From Trichoplax sp. H2 (lineage: Eukaryota), in assembly GCA_003344405.1 (NCBI GenBank), contig NOWV01000023.1:248001-312000 (forward strand): a stretch of DNA of 64,000 nt, in the 5' to 3' direction. Of the stretch, positions 40,801 to 54,312 are shown in pieces (position 1 is the first letter of the stretch; every line of letters starts with the position of its first letter). Both the position numbers and the translations under genes were made by a program. Under the pieces are notes generated by a model. It saw only the letters and a list, made by a program, of their open reading frames with translations, was not told the DNA's origin and made no database searches.

Positions 40801-41300
40801 TGGTATAAAACAAACTTTTAATGTAGATGAGCTAGTACCTGTAGTGAAATTCAGTTGAGTAGATCAGTCGCAGAAAGGACAGACATGTTAATTTATTGCT
40901 TCTAATAGTAAACAATGAAGTATTCCATTTACCTCATAAGCACGGTTCGTGTAGTATATTGAAGGTTGCAATCATATATCAGTAGTAAAGTACCTTATAA
41001 CGAAATCGTCTTTGTAAACTTGTATAACGTGTATACCTTATAAAGTAGAATGTTTTAAAAAATAATAATGGTGATAGAGTTGTTAGCATATATATATATA
41101 CTGTTGAAACTTTTATGATACCATAGAATCAGTTTAATGATTCTTGAAGTAAACAATAGTAAATATTTTGGATATGCTTATTTCTTTAGTCATTATTAAA
41201 GTAAATCCTTCAAGGTTAGCAATCGATTGATATAGTTTTTAATGCCCACACAATTTAACGTTGGTCTAGAAGTGTCGTGAGAGGAAATTGCTGATTGAAA

Positions 41301-43732
41301 ATGCGAAGGAGTAAATATTTTATAAATGACGGTAAGTTGAGTAGACGGTTCTCTAAGTGGAGGCTGCCCTTTACTGTTTACAGTCGCATGATGAATCTGT
41401 TTCAATAGTAATGGAGTTGATAAAAAAAGGCAATTCGATTAATTCATAATTATTTTGAAGGTCCTAGATCTGAATTCTTCGATACTAAAGTAAACCCGTT
41501 CGAGGAAGTATTTGAGAAAGAAAGACTCAGTGATAGGGAATGTGAACTTGATTCGGTTCAGCTGTCACCTAAACCATTCGATCAGAATGATTCAAGGATA
41601 AAGAAGCACGCCAAAGCTGGAAAAGTTAAAAAGAAGAAAGAATCGAGAAAAAATAGAACAGATAAGAAGGTGATTACTTTTTCTTTAAAATGATTATGTC
41701 GAATAATGTGAATTTACTTACTTGACATTAGCAATTCATAAGCAAAGTAGATTGAATTCTAATGATATACTGTATCTATATTATTCAAACAGTGTAAGGG
41801 TAGTTCTTTTCTAAGTGCAATAAAAGATACAGTCAATTATACCCATGTTACCCTAATCCCTGAGCGAAGATTGACGGTTAGTAAATGAATTCGTTATTCG
41901 TTTTGGGGTTTCTACAATCTTTGCTATGTAAAATTATATTGTAGTACATAGAAACCCTCTTTATGTACATACTGTATGTATACTGACAATATTAAATACT
42001 GATATAATAGCAGAAGCTTTTGCCAATAATCACTACGGGAGCGAAAGCGTCAGAAGTTATAAAAAGAGGTTAATAAAATGCTATATTGCAAAAGCTGACT
42101 AGCTATATTTAATCGATACGACACTGTTATAACTGATATCTGTTACTAAAATATAAAGGTGAACATATCCAACTGATCTAATCCAGATTTACAACTATCT
42201 TTGTAGATAATGAAAATGAAGTTGTCGTCACTTCGAAACCATCCTCTATCACGCATGTGAAGGTATTCACCATTGTAACTGTTTTATAGTCCTTTGCAAC
42301 TTATACTAAGAATTAGTATAAGTCTGACACAGTTGCATACGTATGCTCTTTTGGATTTTGATGAGTAACCATCATGCATTGTAAATCATAGATTCTTCTG
42401 TAGTCTTATTTTGAAGGAAATGATAGCGAATAGGAGTTTTAAATAAGCACATTTAGTGTTATCGTAAATGGAATAAGATCTGCTTATCATATAGTAGTAA
42501 TCTAAAGTTATCTAAGTCGCATTAATTATATAGTAAGGCATGAATTTGCAAAGTTATGTGTATGGATTGATCTAGGCTATACAACTAATTACAATTTTAT
42601 TTATATTTAGAATAATTCGGAATTGCAGACAAATCCTCAGTGTAGTAAATACTTCAATGATTGGGACAAATTTTCGGCCGATGGTAGTTCAACAAGTATT
42701 GTTGATAGTGTAAAATCAGAATCTGATGAAACACTAATGAAAAATTTCGGCAAACCGTAAGAAATCATTTTTACTTATTCAGATTATGTTTAATTTGCAA
42801 TGAATATAGTATACGAGAAGTTGTATGCTTGCATACTTTCACATACAAAAGCGCTTAAGATTCTTAAAAGCTACCACTTAATACTTTTAATATATGACTT
42901 TTATTATTATTATTTTAGAAAGGTCAACATCGATAGTTGCGATTGGCTTGACGAGGTATGATGATGAGGTTCAAGAATTGAATATTTGGCCTGTTTAACT
43001 TCTAGTAGCTTACTTTATCTATTACATTTAACAGGATACCTCTGCATTGGATGCGTGCAATCATGTCTGCTCTACATTTAGAAAAAAATTCACATTGAAT
43101 TGCACAGGTTAAAAGGCAATTTTCGACAATGTTGTCTGTAATACTTAAAAATTCACCTTCAGGTTTCTTTTAGGATACTTTGCCAACGTTAGGGAATCTC
43201 TATTAAAAGAAAGGAAAAGGTATACATTAATACATAGCATATACTAATCAGATGCAATAATTATAGAAAGGCTGAGTAGTTTTTTGACTCTCTTTTAACA
43301 CGTTAACTAAATCGAAATCGTTGCTAATTCATTTACTCTTTGTAACTTAGAAACAGTAATAATTAATGACTGTTTTACTTTTAATCAAAAATTTTTATAT
43401 ATATATGATAGTTCTCTAAACAGAGCAATATACAAAAAATCTGAAACGCACAACTTTACAAAGAATCAGTCGAGTGAAGGTATAGCCGCGTATATAGAAT
43501 TTTCCATCTGTGAATTCTATAATTTTGTGTATAGTGTATACCCATAGGTTTACTATTGCTATAAAAGCGATGCCATATTTATAAAATAAGGCATTACTTT
43601 ATGGGAATGGAAATTTGAGCTCATTTCTTATAACTGATTAATCTTGCTTTCATAGATTTATTCCAGGAGGTAGATTATACAAGTACTTTATCTCCGCTAG
43701 ACTCCTTCATCTCAGATGCAGACATGTTCTAG
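41301..43732 (+). CDS. Uncharacterised multi-exon protein (Lys/Ser-rich, no recognised domain)
   Basis: ATG at 41301, MRRSKYFIND G|gtaag to 41461. About 11 exons join in consistent phase through GT-AG introns to DLFQEVDYTSTLSPLDSFISDADMF* (TAG 43730-43732). Confidence 0.7.
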
Positions 43733-45399
43733 ATGTGGCAATAATGCCCAGAATAGATATTGTTTTTTGTAAATATACGTATACGTATATCAGACAACTT
43801 TCAATTATTTTAATACGGTGTGGCTAATATTCCGTACTTGAAACTGCGACTTGCCACGAACTTGAAATTCATTTTCTGTCCTTAATTATATATATATGCT
43901 AATATATCTATCTATCTATATATATCACTTTAATATATTATGACACAAGTTGACTGAGATTGGATAGGAAAAGGCGTACATAGTATCGAGAGACGAATTT
44001 GGACCTATCCTTCCTAAAAAGCGTAAGAAATATTGGATCGCAAATTTGGACTTTTTTTCGAATAATCCTTCCGGATAGTATTTGAAATTTGTTGCAAGCT
44101 CTTCCCTATCTTTCACGATCTCAGCGTTTAATCATTGCCTACTATTCGTTGATTCAATTGGAGACTAGCTGAATGCATGAATAAAAATATCTTTGCGTTT
44201 TAATTATGTTTTAGTGGTCGATAGTAGTCTGAGGTAATCGCTTTTACATTTATTATGATACTGGGCTGAGTAATTAATTAAGAGCATTTTCTAAATGATT
44301 CTGTTGGCTTATCGACTGCAATGAATAATTCAGGAAATAAGCTTAAAGATTATGATTTAAATATGAGAACTTGCTGACTAAATATTTAGTAGAGAAGGTT
44401 TGATATCCACATGCTGCGTTTGCATACTGTGTTCACTAGTATGGGTGTATCGTAAATTAGAATTAGATACGAGTATATGCGTTGCGTTCAAAATCGAACA
44501 TTTCAATTCTGATATGATACAAGCATTGGCAATTTTTTGGCTAATGTATCCTGGTCATGGATTATTTCAAATGAGAGTAATGGACGACATGCGGCTTATA
44601 CAAAATGATGCGCCCTGGGGTGATAGATTACGGCTGACAACAATAAAGCAGACAATAATGAAATTCTTGTTGATTTCCGTGTATAATTCTGTAGTTATTT
44701 GTTCAATATAACTCTGGCGTAGGTCAGCCCATTGCCGTAGTTCGTATTTTTACATTACACACGTTGAATATTTGCAGTTCAAAGAGAAGTTATGCCATGA
44801 TACAGTGCTATGTCGAATATCTGTACCCCACAAGTTTCTACATTTTGTACAAAATTGTATTCCATCAATTGATTTATTGACTGCAAAGTTTGAAATGGAC
44901 ACAATGTTAGTCTGTGGTTTTCGCGTAGTGGTTACTGTACAGAGTGCAACGCGCGTTACAAGTACTGGATAGGCATGGCGAATGTGTTCAGCAGATGGTA
45001 ATTGTAAGTTTGGCTGTTGTGCAGTATCCACCATTTGCTGATGGTTACTTTGATTTGGCTGTACAGTACTGCATGGACGGCCATTATGATGATATTACGG
45101 ATCATTCTTGATACACGTGTCGTGCTTTCAACCTGAGTTGCACTACAGCTGGAACGTGGGCGGAGAATAGTTGCAGTGCATCAGTGTTATGCTGTACACT
45201 CAGTGTACGTCCATGTGATTTATAGTACTGTACAGTATTTGTGCTTTCAACTGGATCAAATCAGGCAAATTGCCTATAAAGTTAATTAACAGTACAGTCA
45301 GTTAATAAGATTACTATGATTGTTTTTTTGCGAGGTACACAGCATCGCAGAGTTTTATTCTACTGTATTTTGGGACTATTTTTTTCTTTTTTTTCTTCA

Positions 45400-45920
45400 G
45401 AGTGTATTGTAAGCAGTACAGTACAATAGAACAGCACTATACTTGTACTGTACTGTACGTACTGTACTCGCCTTTTCATCTACAGTACAGTACCGTACAG
45501 TACAGTATGCGAATCTGCTGTACTGTACAGTACAGTACAGTACAGTACTGGACTTGGTACAGTAAGTTAGCGCTCCATGTTTTTTTCTGAACTCTACTAG
45601 ACCAGACAGTATGAAATCTGCTTAGCGCATATGAAAATGACTTTCCTGCGAATCTGCTAGACTACAACACTTGCACTGAGTGCCGTGTACACTGCACAGG
45701 ACGATGCTAAAGCCTTCTTACTTTTATGGCCGCTCTGCACGTTTTTACACCACCGTGCTGACACTACAGTACTGTACACTGTACACTGTACGGTAGTATC
45801 ATGTGGTATAGTAGAGTGACTGACCGCTTGAGTCACATACAGCGGTGTACGTACAGTATACAGTAGTGTAAAGTACTACAGTTTCGGCTGCAGGCCTGCA
45901 ACAGTACGGCAGTTTGTTGG
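45400..45920. promoter_or_regulatory. ACAGT pentamer microsatellite cluster upstream of PUR-alpha
   Basis: Runs such as TACAGTACAGTACAGTACAGTAC at 45526-45548 and many ACTGT/ACAGT copies before the ATG at 45969. Confidence 0.55.
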
Positions 45921-45968
45921 ATGAGCACGCGCATACTAAGGTATAGTACTTTTTTACGGTCAAGGGAG

Positions 45969-48900
45969 ATGGCGGAGCGGCAAGGAGCTGGAAGTGATTT
46001 ACAGGCTGAGTCCACTTCGGAATTCAGCGGTAATGAGTATGAAGGAAATGCGAAAGGTAGGCGAAATATGTTTACAATGAAATAGTCATGGACAAAGATG
46101 TATTTTGCAAGTGATTGCTGCTTTCTGAACTTTGGGATGTTTAGTCAGGAGTTGCAGCTCGACGCCTCAAATGACGATGGCATTTTTAGCTATACTGTAT
46201 TGTCATGTATTCTCCTCTACTCTACTACTTTGTTGTATGTGGTATAGTATGCGTAAAGCAGTTCGTGATTGATAATTGCCACACAACATTGAATATTGTA
46301 CGTTGCATTTATTTGAATATTACATTGAATGATTGCGTGATAGTTGTTCAATGGGTGATATGATATGGTGTTGCTTAAATGTCCGATTACGGTTTATGCA
46401 ACTAAAATGTTCGTACGTACTTTGCTATCTTACTATACATCTTGTAGGTAAAGACGATCTAGCATCCAAAACGTTGCATATCCAAGCTAAACGTTTCTAC
46501 CTGGATGTCAAACAGAATAGAGGTGGGCGCTTCATTAAAGTCGCTGAGGTAAGCTAGCATCGTAGGTACACTGGAAAGAGTTACTATATAAACTTCTGCT
46601 TTTGGATCAAGTGCAAAATAGTGTCTGATTTTGGAAGAGCCTACACTGCTAAGGTTTCTCCTTGATCGATCATACTGTAGTGTACAGTATCATCACTACC
46701 AAAGTCTACGCAACCATGATACAGGACTGCAGTAAACGTATACAGTGCCCTATTTGATGCTGATTTGACTTTCAGACGGACATTGGCACAACTAATGTAC
46801 AGTACAGTACTCTACTCTACTCACACCACTGCACGGTATGTTTCTGCAAGATTTCTCCTTCAAGTTTGTAAACTGACACAAAGTTGGAGAATAAAATTGA
46901 TTGGCGTATTATCTCCAAAGAGTTTATATTCATTAGTATGAGTTCTGAATTGGGAATTTGGGTCGTTGGATTGTCGCGGTCTAATATACGCTATTGGAGA
47001 CATCAAAATTGGCTGAGCAAGGCGCGTTTGAAAGTGACAGTAGTTCAGGAGAACTTGACGACCTCAGCGCTACTTTGACTACTTTTGCCATTGCCCCCAT
47101 TTTCCATAGACTGTCTTTGTAGCGTGGTACTGTGCTGTAGAGTGTACAAGACGCGACCCACTGACCATTCATACCGTATGACCGTTAGTTTACAGTACAG
47201 TACTGTACTGCAGTCTTGAGTCTCCTAATCAATAAACGCCGCCGCGTTCAATATCAGGAGTACTTTGAAGTTGGTAGAAATCGACCTAATACACCAAGTT
47301 TAGCACCGTTACCAATTGTAGTCTATGATCCTATGTACACTATTTGAAGGGCCAGTTATTAGCACAGTCATTTCATCATTTTTTGGCGTACTATTTACTT
47401 TGGACGTGAGGTTTTACTCCTCGTCCCTGTCTATTCAATGCTTCAGCGCTACCGTCAAGAGGAAACCGAAAAAAAAACTGTCGTGGAAAAGTGGATCGTC
47501 AAGTACCGTACATACTATAGATAGAGTACGATAGAAGCGTGTAGCAAAAGAAGTTTTTCTCCTTACTGCACTCTACACTACAAGTACAGTACAGTACACA
47601 GTGAGTGGAGTGCAAGTGCGCAACAGGGTCCAGCGCAGGCCAGACCAGCAAGACCTTCAAAGTCTGCACAGTACGGTACGGCACGGTACGGTACGGTACC
47701 GGGAAATGATGGGGAGGCGTCAGCGCTCGCTCACTGCTCGTGTCACGAAAAGCGTCACTGATCGGGGAGGTCATTAGCAAGGTGAGACGCACCCTACTTG
47801 GACGCCAAGTCAGAAGGTATACAACACCTTGGACTTGTTTGCTACTGCAGTCCCTAGGGGTACAACACTGTCCTCACCAATCAGGATTGCTAATTTGAAA
47901 TCATGGATTACTGAAGCAATGAGTAGTGGATAGCTTAAGTCAACAGTTAAAAGAACAGCAGTGACTTGAAAAATACTCAATCAGTCGTGAGAAATGGATC
48001 AGTGTGGAACCCTGGCCATTTCTCTACAAAATCTTGCATCCTTGATAAAATCAATCCACCCATAACATGGTGACACTGGTGGACGTAGAGGTCACAGAAA
48101 AAAACTACTCATCTCTATGCTTATGGGGATATACAGGACAGTAATGCGAAAATGACTGCAGTACTGACAGTATTTAACACCATGAAAGTAGACAGTACAT
48201 AAACGAGCTGGGACAGCTGAATGGGCAACCCGTTAGAAGAACTGCAATCAATAGGTAAAGTCAGACAAAGCAACGATACTTCACTGACTAGTTGTATTGC
48301 TAGGGGTCGATCTCGTCTTTTATTCAGTCAGACGACAACTTGCTCAGTTAAGGATTCCTAGAATCCTGGTAGATTCTAGGAATCATTGGGTGGGTCGTAC
48401 AAGACGTCGATAGTTCTGTAAATAATGAATTGGAATGTTTTTGAGTCGATAGGTCTGTAGATTTCTAGGTGGAGTAAAGTTAAATGATTCATGAATAGAA
48501 TGTGATGCTAGCTGTGTTAGTATCCAGTCACAAGATATAGTTAATAACAAGTCACAAGATATAGTTAATAACAAGTCTTCATACAGTATTGCTAATCATT
48601 GGACAGATTAGTTAGTTGCTTACGTTACATCGACTCATCGATACAGATGATAGCATCCACGTGCAAAAAATTGGGATAAACTTTACTGCAGTATCAGTTA
48701 CTACTTGAGGAAATTTGACTATCATTTATGATATAATATTGGTTACATAATAATGAATTATAATTGATATTACAGGTAGCTTCCAATGGAAGCAGGAGTC
48801 AAATAACTTTCGGTATGACTTTGGGTAAAGACATACGAGATCAGTTGGATGATTTTGCTGATTTCTATGCTTCACTTGGTAAATTTGATATGATCTATAT

Positions 48901-49861
48901 TTCTACCTATTTTGTGAGCTAATGTACAATTGATATTGCTGCCTTACTATCACTTATTGATGCTAACGGTAGAAGTCACAGGTTGTGTTAAATATTCAAG
49001 ATAGGTGATGATGTAGTTGGATACTGATAGTAAGAAAATGAGTATTTTATTATCTATTAAAGCTTTAATGTTATTATGATAGACCCTGGCAACCGAAATG
49101 AGGAAGGTGAAAGTGGAAATTTGAAGAGGTAATTTTATTTCATAGGTTGAAACATAGCTAGATAGCGACATTATTTCCAATTTCTTGTGTACCCAACTTA
49201 AAATGGCTTTCCTTTACGCTTTAATTTAGTGGGGTTATCCGTAAGGGAGAGAAATGGTATTATTTGGACTTGAAAGAAAATCCTCGTGGAAAATTTTTAA
49301 GGGTAAATTATCCATTTGTGTTATTCTGCTTATAATCTCAACTTTAGGTAGTCTGCTCTTCTTTCTTAATAATTATAATAACCCTATTTTAAATTGTACC
49401 TCTATTTGATAGATCAGTCAAGTTTTGCGTTATGGGGGTCGTAATCAGATTGCACTACCTGCTCAAGGCATTGCAGAAATGAAAGATGCCTTAAGTGACC
49501 TTCTAGATGAATTTGGGGTAGAAGATGTTGAGACTGAGCAAACGTCTTTAGACAGCCAGATGTTACGCGCAGAAAGCAAGAGAATTTACTTCGACGTTGG
49601 AAAGAATAATCGCGGAACGTTTCTAAGGATCACGGAGGTACATCTATTCACTGATATACTTTTTTGTTTAATATTTTCATAGAAATGATGGAACGATTTC
49701 CTATAACCTTACCTAAAATTGTGTCCTTGTAGGTCCGTGGAAGAACTCGTAATGCTGTAAGGCTTCCTCAGTCATGCTTATCAAAGTTTAAAGAGATTAT
49801 ATCGGATTACTGCGATAGACTTGGAGTGAAAGACGATGAAGAAAAAAGTGCTACTGAATAA
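45969..49861 (+). CDS. PURA: PUR-alpha family purine-rich ssDNA/RNA-binding protein
   Basis: Three PUR repeats: [61 protein letters not shown]...[36 protein letters not shown]. Seven exons, with a 2.2 kb intron at 46550-48775; TAA at 49859-49861. Confidence 0.96.
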
Positions 49862-52752
49862 GATAAACTGTTATAGTGATATTTCACTGGACAATTTTGG
49901 ATTTGGATTGCATGAAAGTCTGGAAGGCATCATCCCGAGCTCTATGAAGCTCTCAAAGTAAAATCTAAGATTTGTAAAATTATGCGAGAATAAAATAGTC
50001 AATAAATAATACTTAAACAGTACAGTAATTACGTTAGTTGAATGTGCTTTTTCTATAACAATTTCTATAGCTACTGGTATACGTAATATGGTATTGTCTA
50101 GAGTTTACAATCTAAATTACGTGTTATCGGCAATTTTCAATAATCGACTTAAAACACGTTATGTTATGTTGTTTATTGAATAATCTACTTTTTAGAAGAT
50201 GTCGTGACGTATTGATTTTTCGCCTTTAAAGTTACTACAATAGCGTGCACGTACAATGTTAGAAATTTCATTTAATTGTAATCTTAAGGCGTGTACGACT
50301 CGCTATTATTTAACAGCTAAATGGGTGTATATTGTGTGCTACAGTTATCAACATTCCTACACACATTTTTACACTCGTAACTGAATGATTTTGGTAGTTT
50401 CGGTTACACTGCTTTAATGCCACCTAAGTTATAAAATCAATCATGTATCAAGCCAGTATCTGATATACAGTATTTTTATCTTACCGATTATGATACTTTT
50501 AGTTCATCCACTTTAGCACTTCTAAGCGATATCGAGTATTGCAAATCGGTAACCGTTTATCATAACAAAGTAGTCAGAAAAAAGAATATTTAGTGAACTA
50601 TTCGTTGTTTCGCAAGATATTACAATTCTTGCTATAATTATTGCAATCATAAGTACTGTTACATTCAATAATATTGCAATAATACCGTATAAACATTTTT
50701 TGTTACTGTCTTATTTTATTGCGAAACATTCCAGTAACCAGTTGGTGGCTTATATACTGTTCATGTAGTAATACTCAGCAACATACAATATTAGCACATC
50801 GTAGTTAATGAATTAGCTTGAATAGGCTGAAGAAATATACAATTACAATTATCATGTTTGATTTTAGTAAGCAAAGTATTTACAAACTGTCACAATGTTT
50901 CCTGTATGTGTACGCTGTAAAAGAAGCAAACTATTGGTTATTCCGAGTAGCAGTTCCTTATGTTAGTCATATTTTGCAATGGACCTTTCTTCCTATGGTT
51001 ATGTAAGGCAATTAGATAACAACGCTCTTACTGATTGTCTTATCGGTCATGTTTTGATAGATAATTTTATGTGGTACTACAGGTTAGATCTGTCAATTGT
51101 AACTCAAGTACTGCATAGTGCCTAGGAAACGGTGTTTCGATTTACTAATGCACTAACTTTGTTTTATTGCTTGTTTAATTATTTTTATTTTGGAAAAGAC
51201 ACGGCAGATGTGAAGTTATTCACTTCATAAGTAACATTAATGCTATTATTGACCGTAAACGTTAAGTTACAATAAACGTAATTATCAAGTAATTTAGCGA
51301 TAAAATAAAAGTTCGGATTTTAGGTATATTAAGTGATGTCTGAATAATGAATGTCATAAACAGTTTAAGTTTGCTTAGTCATGTGTTCATGTCCTACATT
51401 TTCTTTGTACTTGAATTCTGAAGTGTGGTTAACTTATGTGCGTTATTGAGTTCATACTGATTGCATACTTATCTAAGGCGAACAGAAAAATATAATTTGT
51501 TTTTCTTTTAAGGATACTGTAATGTCATGGAATCTGCCGAGTTAATTTGCTATTAAATGTTAAAGAGTTCTCACTTATAATGTATGACCTATTTGTTATG
51601 GTAGCAACGTCTTCAATTGCCTTGATAGATATTTTATAGAAGTCAACGTACAAGATGCAGACAGATGGCAATTTCTTCTTGGAAGTGTTAGTCTTGATAG
51701 TGTGAATATTACTGTAGTGAACTTCGCGTTAGAGACTCGTATGGCTGTTTCTCATCAACATTAGGCTTATTGCTGCCAATCATATCAATGTACACTAAAT
51801 TGCATTGTATTTAGTAATAAGTCCGTTTGCACAATAGTGCCGAATTTATACAGTATCATTTATACTCGTGTTTAGCTGCAATAGATATGGTGCATGAAAT
51901 CCTTAGAGAAGATTTTAATCTTTAACTTTTAGTTTCACACCGTAGTTCAGAAAGGCAATGGCTTACCTTGGAAGTTAAGTAAAGGTTATTGGTATCAGAA
52001 TAGTCTAATCATAGAGGTTTTCTGTATCTCTGAGTCTAATCTCCAGTAGATCGAAAATAATATTCTAATATTGCATGGGTTTAATGTACAGTATCTAGAG
52101 GCTAGCTTTAAGATTAAATTTGATGCTATTTGCGTACGCGAGCGCCACGTATAGAAATTTTATCATTACGTATATAATTAATTTATTGAAATCTTAGTAA
52201 TCATAATTAATAGACGTACAATAAAAGAATTTTGAGCTCAAATTCGAGGCATTTACTTGCATAATTTGCATATTATTATTTTTACAAGGGTAGTAAGCTT
52301 GAAACATATAGTACTGCATATGAGGTCGAATATGAGAAAATGTATAATATGGTAAAGTTATAGTAGACATATCTACTGCCTAAACAAGAATAAGTACTGT
52401 AGAATAGTGACTTTCGAAGATCTTGCAATACTCATTATACTATTGATGTGAACTAAGTTAGAACTATTGAGCTTTGACACAAAATGTTGTAAGACGACAG
52501 GCCGTTGATAATGTGCACATCGTCTGACAACTTGACTACCTGAGCATGTAGGCGAAGATAGTGACTTTAATTTTAATGACAAATTTCCATGAACAAAAAT
52601 AAATCTAGCATTAGTTCCAATTGTAATTCACAAAGTGAGTGCGGGATATTGTAGAGCGAAGATTGATTTGCATACTAATCCAATTCTGCTCAGTCAAAAT
52701 AAGATTGTATTATTACGATATCAATTGGATGGTATCAATGTAGATATCATTT

Positions 52753-53322
52753 TTAGCTTTTATTGGAGTATTCATTTTCTTTGTTGTTGGTATCATCGCT
52801 AAGTGTTAATTCTAAGTCATTCGTTTCGGATAATTTACGGGTGCTCGTATCCTGTTGATATTCTTGTACATCGTTATTGAAATCGCCATTATCATTGTCG
52901 TCAATATCTTGCTGAAAGTAATGGTCGTTTTGACCTAAGCGTATCAGGGAAAGGGCGTACTGGACAGCCTTCTTACTACCAAGATTTTCAACCTTGTGAA
53001 CTACATCAACGAAGGGTAACTTTGGGTATAAACGATGCGCCCAATGTTCGTAGATTCTTAGTATAGTTATTAAATTATTATGATAATCTTTCTTCTTTTT
53101 AAAGTGTAACTTGTTAAATTGTTGATGTAAGGCTCGTAATCCTCTTTCAGAAGTCAGGCGATCGCTGTCTAATTTAGGTCTCGGTTGACGAATTACTTTA
53201 CGTTTTAAGCCATTTTCAATAGCTTGTATTTCTTTTTCGTCTTGGAGTCCATTTGCAGTACTTGGAATATTTCCATCGAAAAGTGTTTCTTCATCGTTGA
53301 TTGGCATAGGTTGTTCATTCAT
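52753..53322 (-). CDS. TIPIN: TIMELESS-interacting protein TIPIN (Swi3/Csm3)
   Basis: Single ORF with a Swi3 domain: RQPRPKLDSDRLTSERGL...YEHWAHRLYPKLPFVDVVHKVENLGSKKAVQ. Confidence 0.95.
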   Translation of the reverse strand: MNEQPMPINDEETLFDGNIPSTANGLQDEKEIQAIENGLKRKVIRQPRPKLDSDRLTSERGLRALHQQFNKLHFKKKKDYHNNLITILRIYEHWAHRLYPKLPFVDVVHKVENLGSKKAVQYALSLIRLGQNDHYFQQDIDDNDNGDFNNDVQEYQQDTSTRKLSETNDLELTLSDDTNNKENEYSNKS

Positions 53323-53569
53323 CGTGTTTGCAGCAGCTCTGTACTGGATCGAAGAGGGAGACTACAGCACAGAGTTTAATATGTTAATTAGCTGATCGAT
53401 ATCACAGTCAATGGAAGGACTATTCACTCTTTTCCTATCAGAATTGTGTAGCTTCCTCAATGTAGGCCATAGAGCTTTGGCAACTTTATTTCATCCTCTA
53501 CTCCAAGACTCTTCTCCACCTTGACTGCAGTCAATCAAAGTGGCAACACTTCTCTTTTGTTCGGTTTGA

Positions 53570-53577
53570 TTTCCCGC
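53570..53577. promoter_or_regulatory. E2F-type site upstream of TIPIN
   Basis: Exact TTTCCCGC about 250 bp upstream of the ATG of an S-phase fork-protection gene. Confidence 0.6.
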
Positions 53578-53599
53578 TAAAACCAAGCAGAGAGCATTA

Positions 53600-54312
53600 C
53601 AGTGATTATGACTGTACACTGTACACTGTACACTGTACAAAATCTTTGCTTAGAAATTCTCGAATTTAACGTACAGTACAATGTACTGTACACTGCATTG
53701 TACTGTAAAACCAATGCAGGTACAGCACTGTAAATTTATAGCTCTCAGTATAGAATTTACAGTCAATCTCTGACTGTACTCTACTGTACTGTACTGCTTA
53801 GCGAGTTTGTACTGTACAACCACTGCAGGTACAGCACTGTAAATTTACAGCTCTCAGTATAGAATTTACAGTCAATCTACTGTACTGTAGTACAGTACAG
53901 TACTGTACTATAGCTGAGCGAGTTTGTACTGTACACTGTACAAAATCTTTTGCTTACAGTACAAATTCTCGAGCTTAGCGAGTTTGTACTGTACTGTACT
54001 GTACAGTACATTGTACAACCACTGCAGGTACAGCACTGTAAAGTTACAGCTCTCAGTATAGAATTTACAGTCAATCTAGTACTGTACAGTACTGTACAGT
54101 ACTATAGCTGAGCGAGTTTGTACTGTACACTGTACAAAATCTTTTGCTTACAGTACAAATTCTCGAGCTTAGCGAGTTTGTACTGTACAGTACAGTACTG
54201 TACTGTACTGTACATTGTACAACCACTGCAGGTACAGCACTGTAAAGTTACAGCTCTCAGTATAGAATTTACAGTCAATCTAGTACTGTACTATATAGTA
54301 CTGTACTGTTCA
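53600..54312. repeat. Compound tandem repeat of about 200 bp, rich in ACAGT/ACTGT, between divergent TIPIN and U1A/SNF
   Basis: TGCAGGTACAGCACTGTAAA.TTA.AGCTCTCAGTATAGAATTTACAGTCAATCT at about 53715, 53825, 54024 and 54227, alternating with AGCGAGTTTGTACTGTAC blocks. Confidence 0.95.

Noticed and set aside
43925..44116. 63-aa minus-strand ORF with protein-like composition
   Set aside because: GTG start, an in-frame stop just upstream, no good acceptor and no recognisable family; cannot be supported without transcript data.
47254..47379. Possible minus-strand box C/D snoRNA (ATGATGA ... CTGA)
   Set aside because: No convincing terminal stem or C'/D' boxes, and only a partial recalled match to rRNA; needs snoscan or Infernal.
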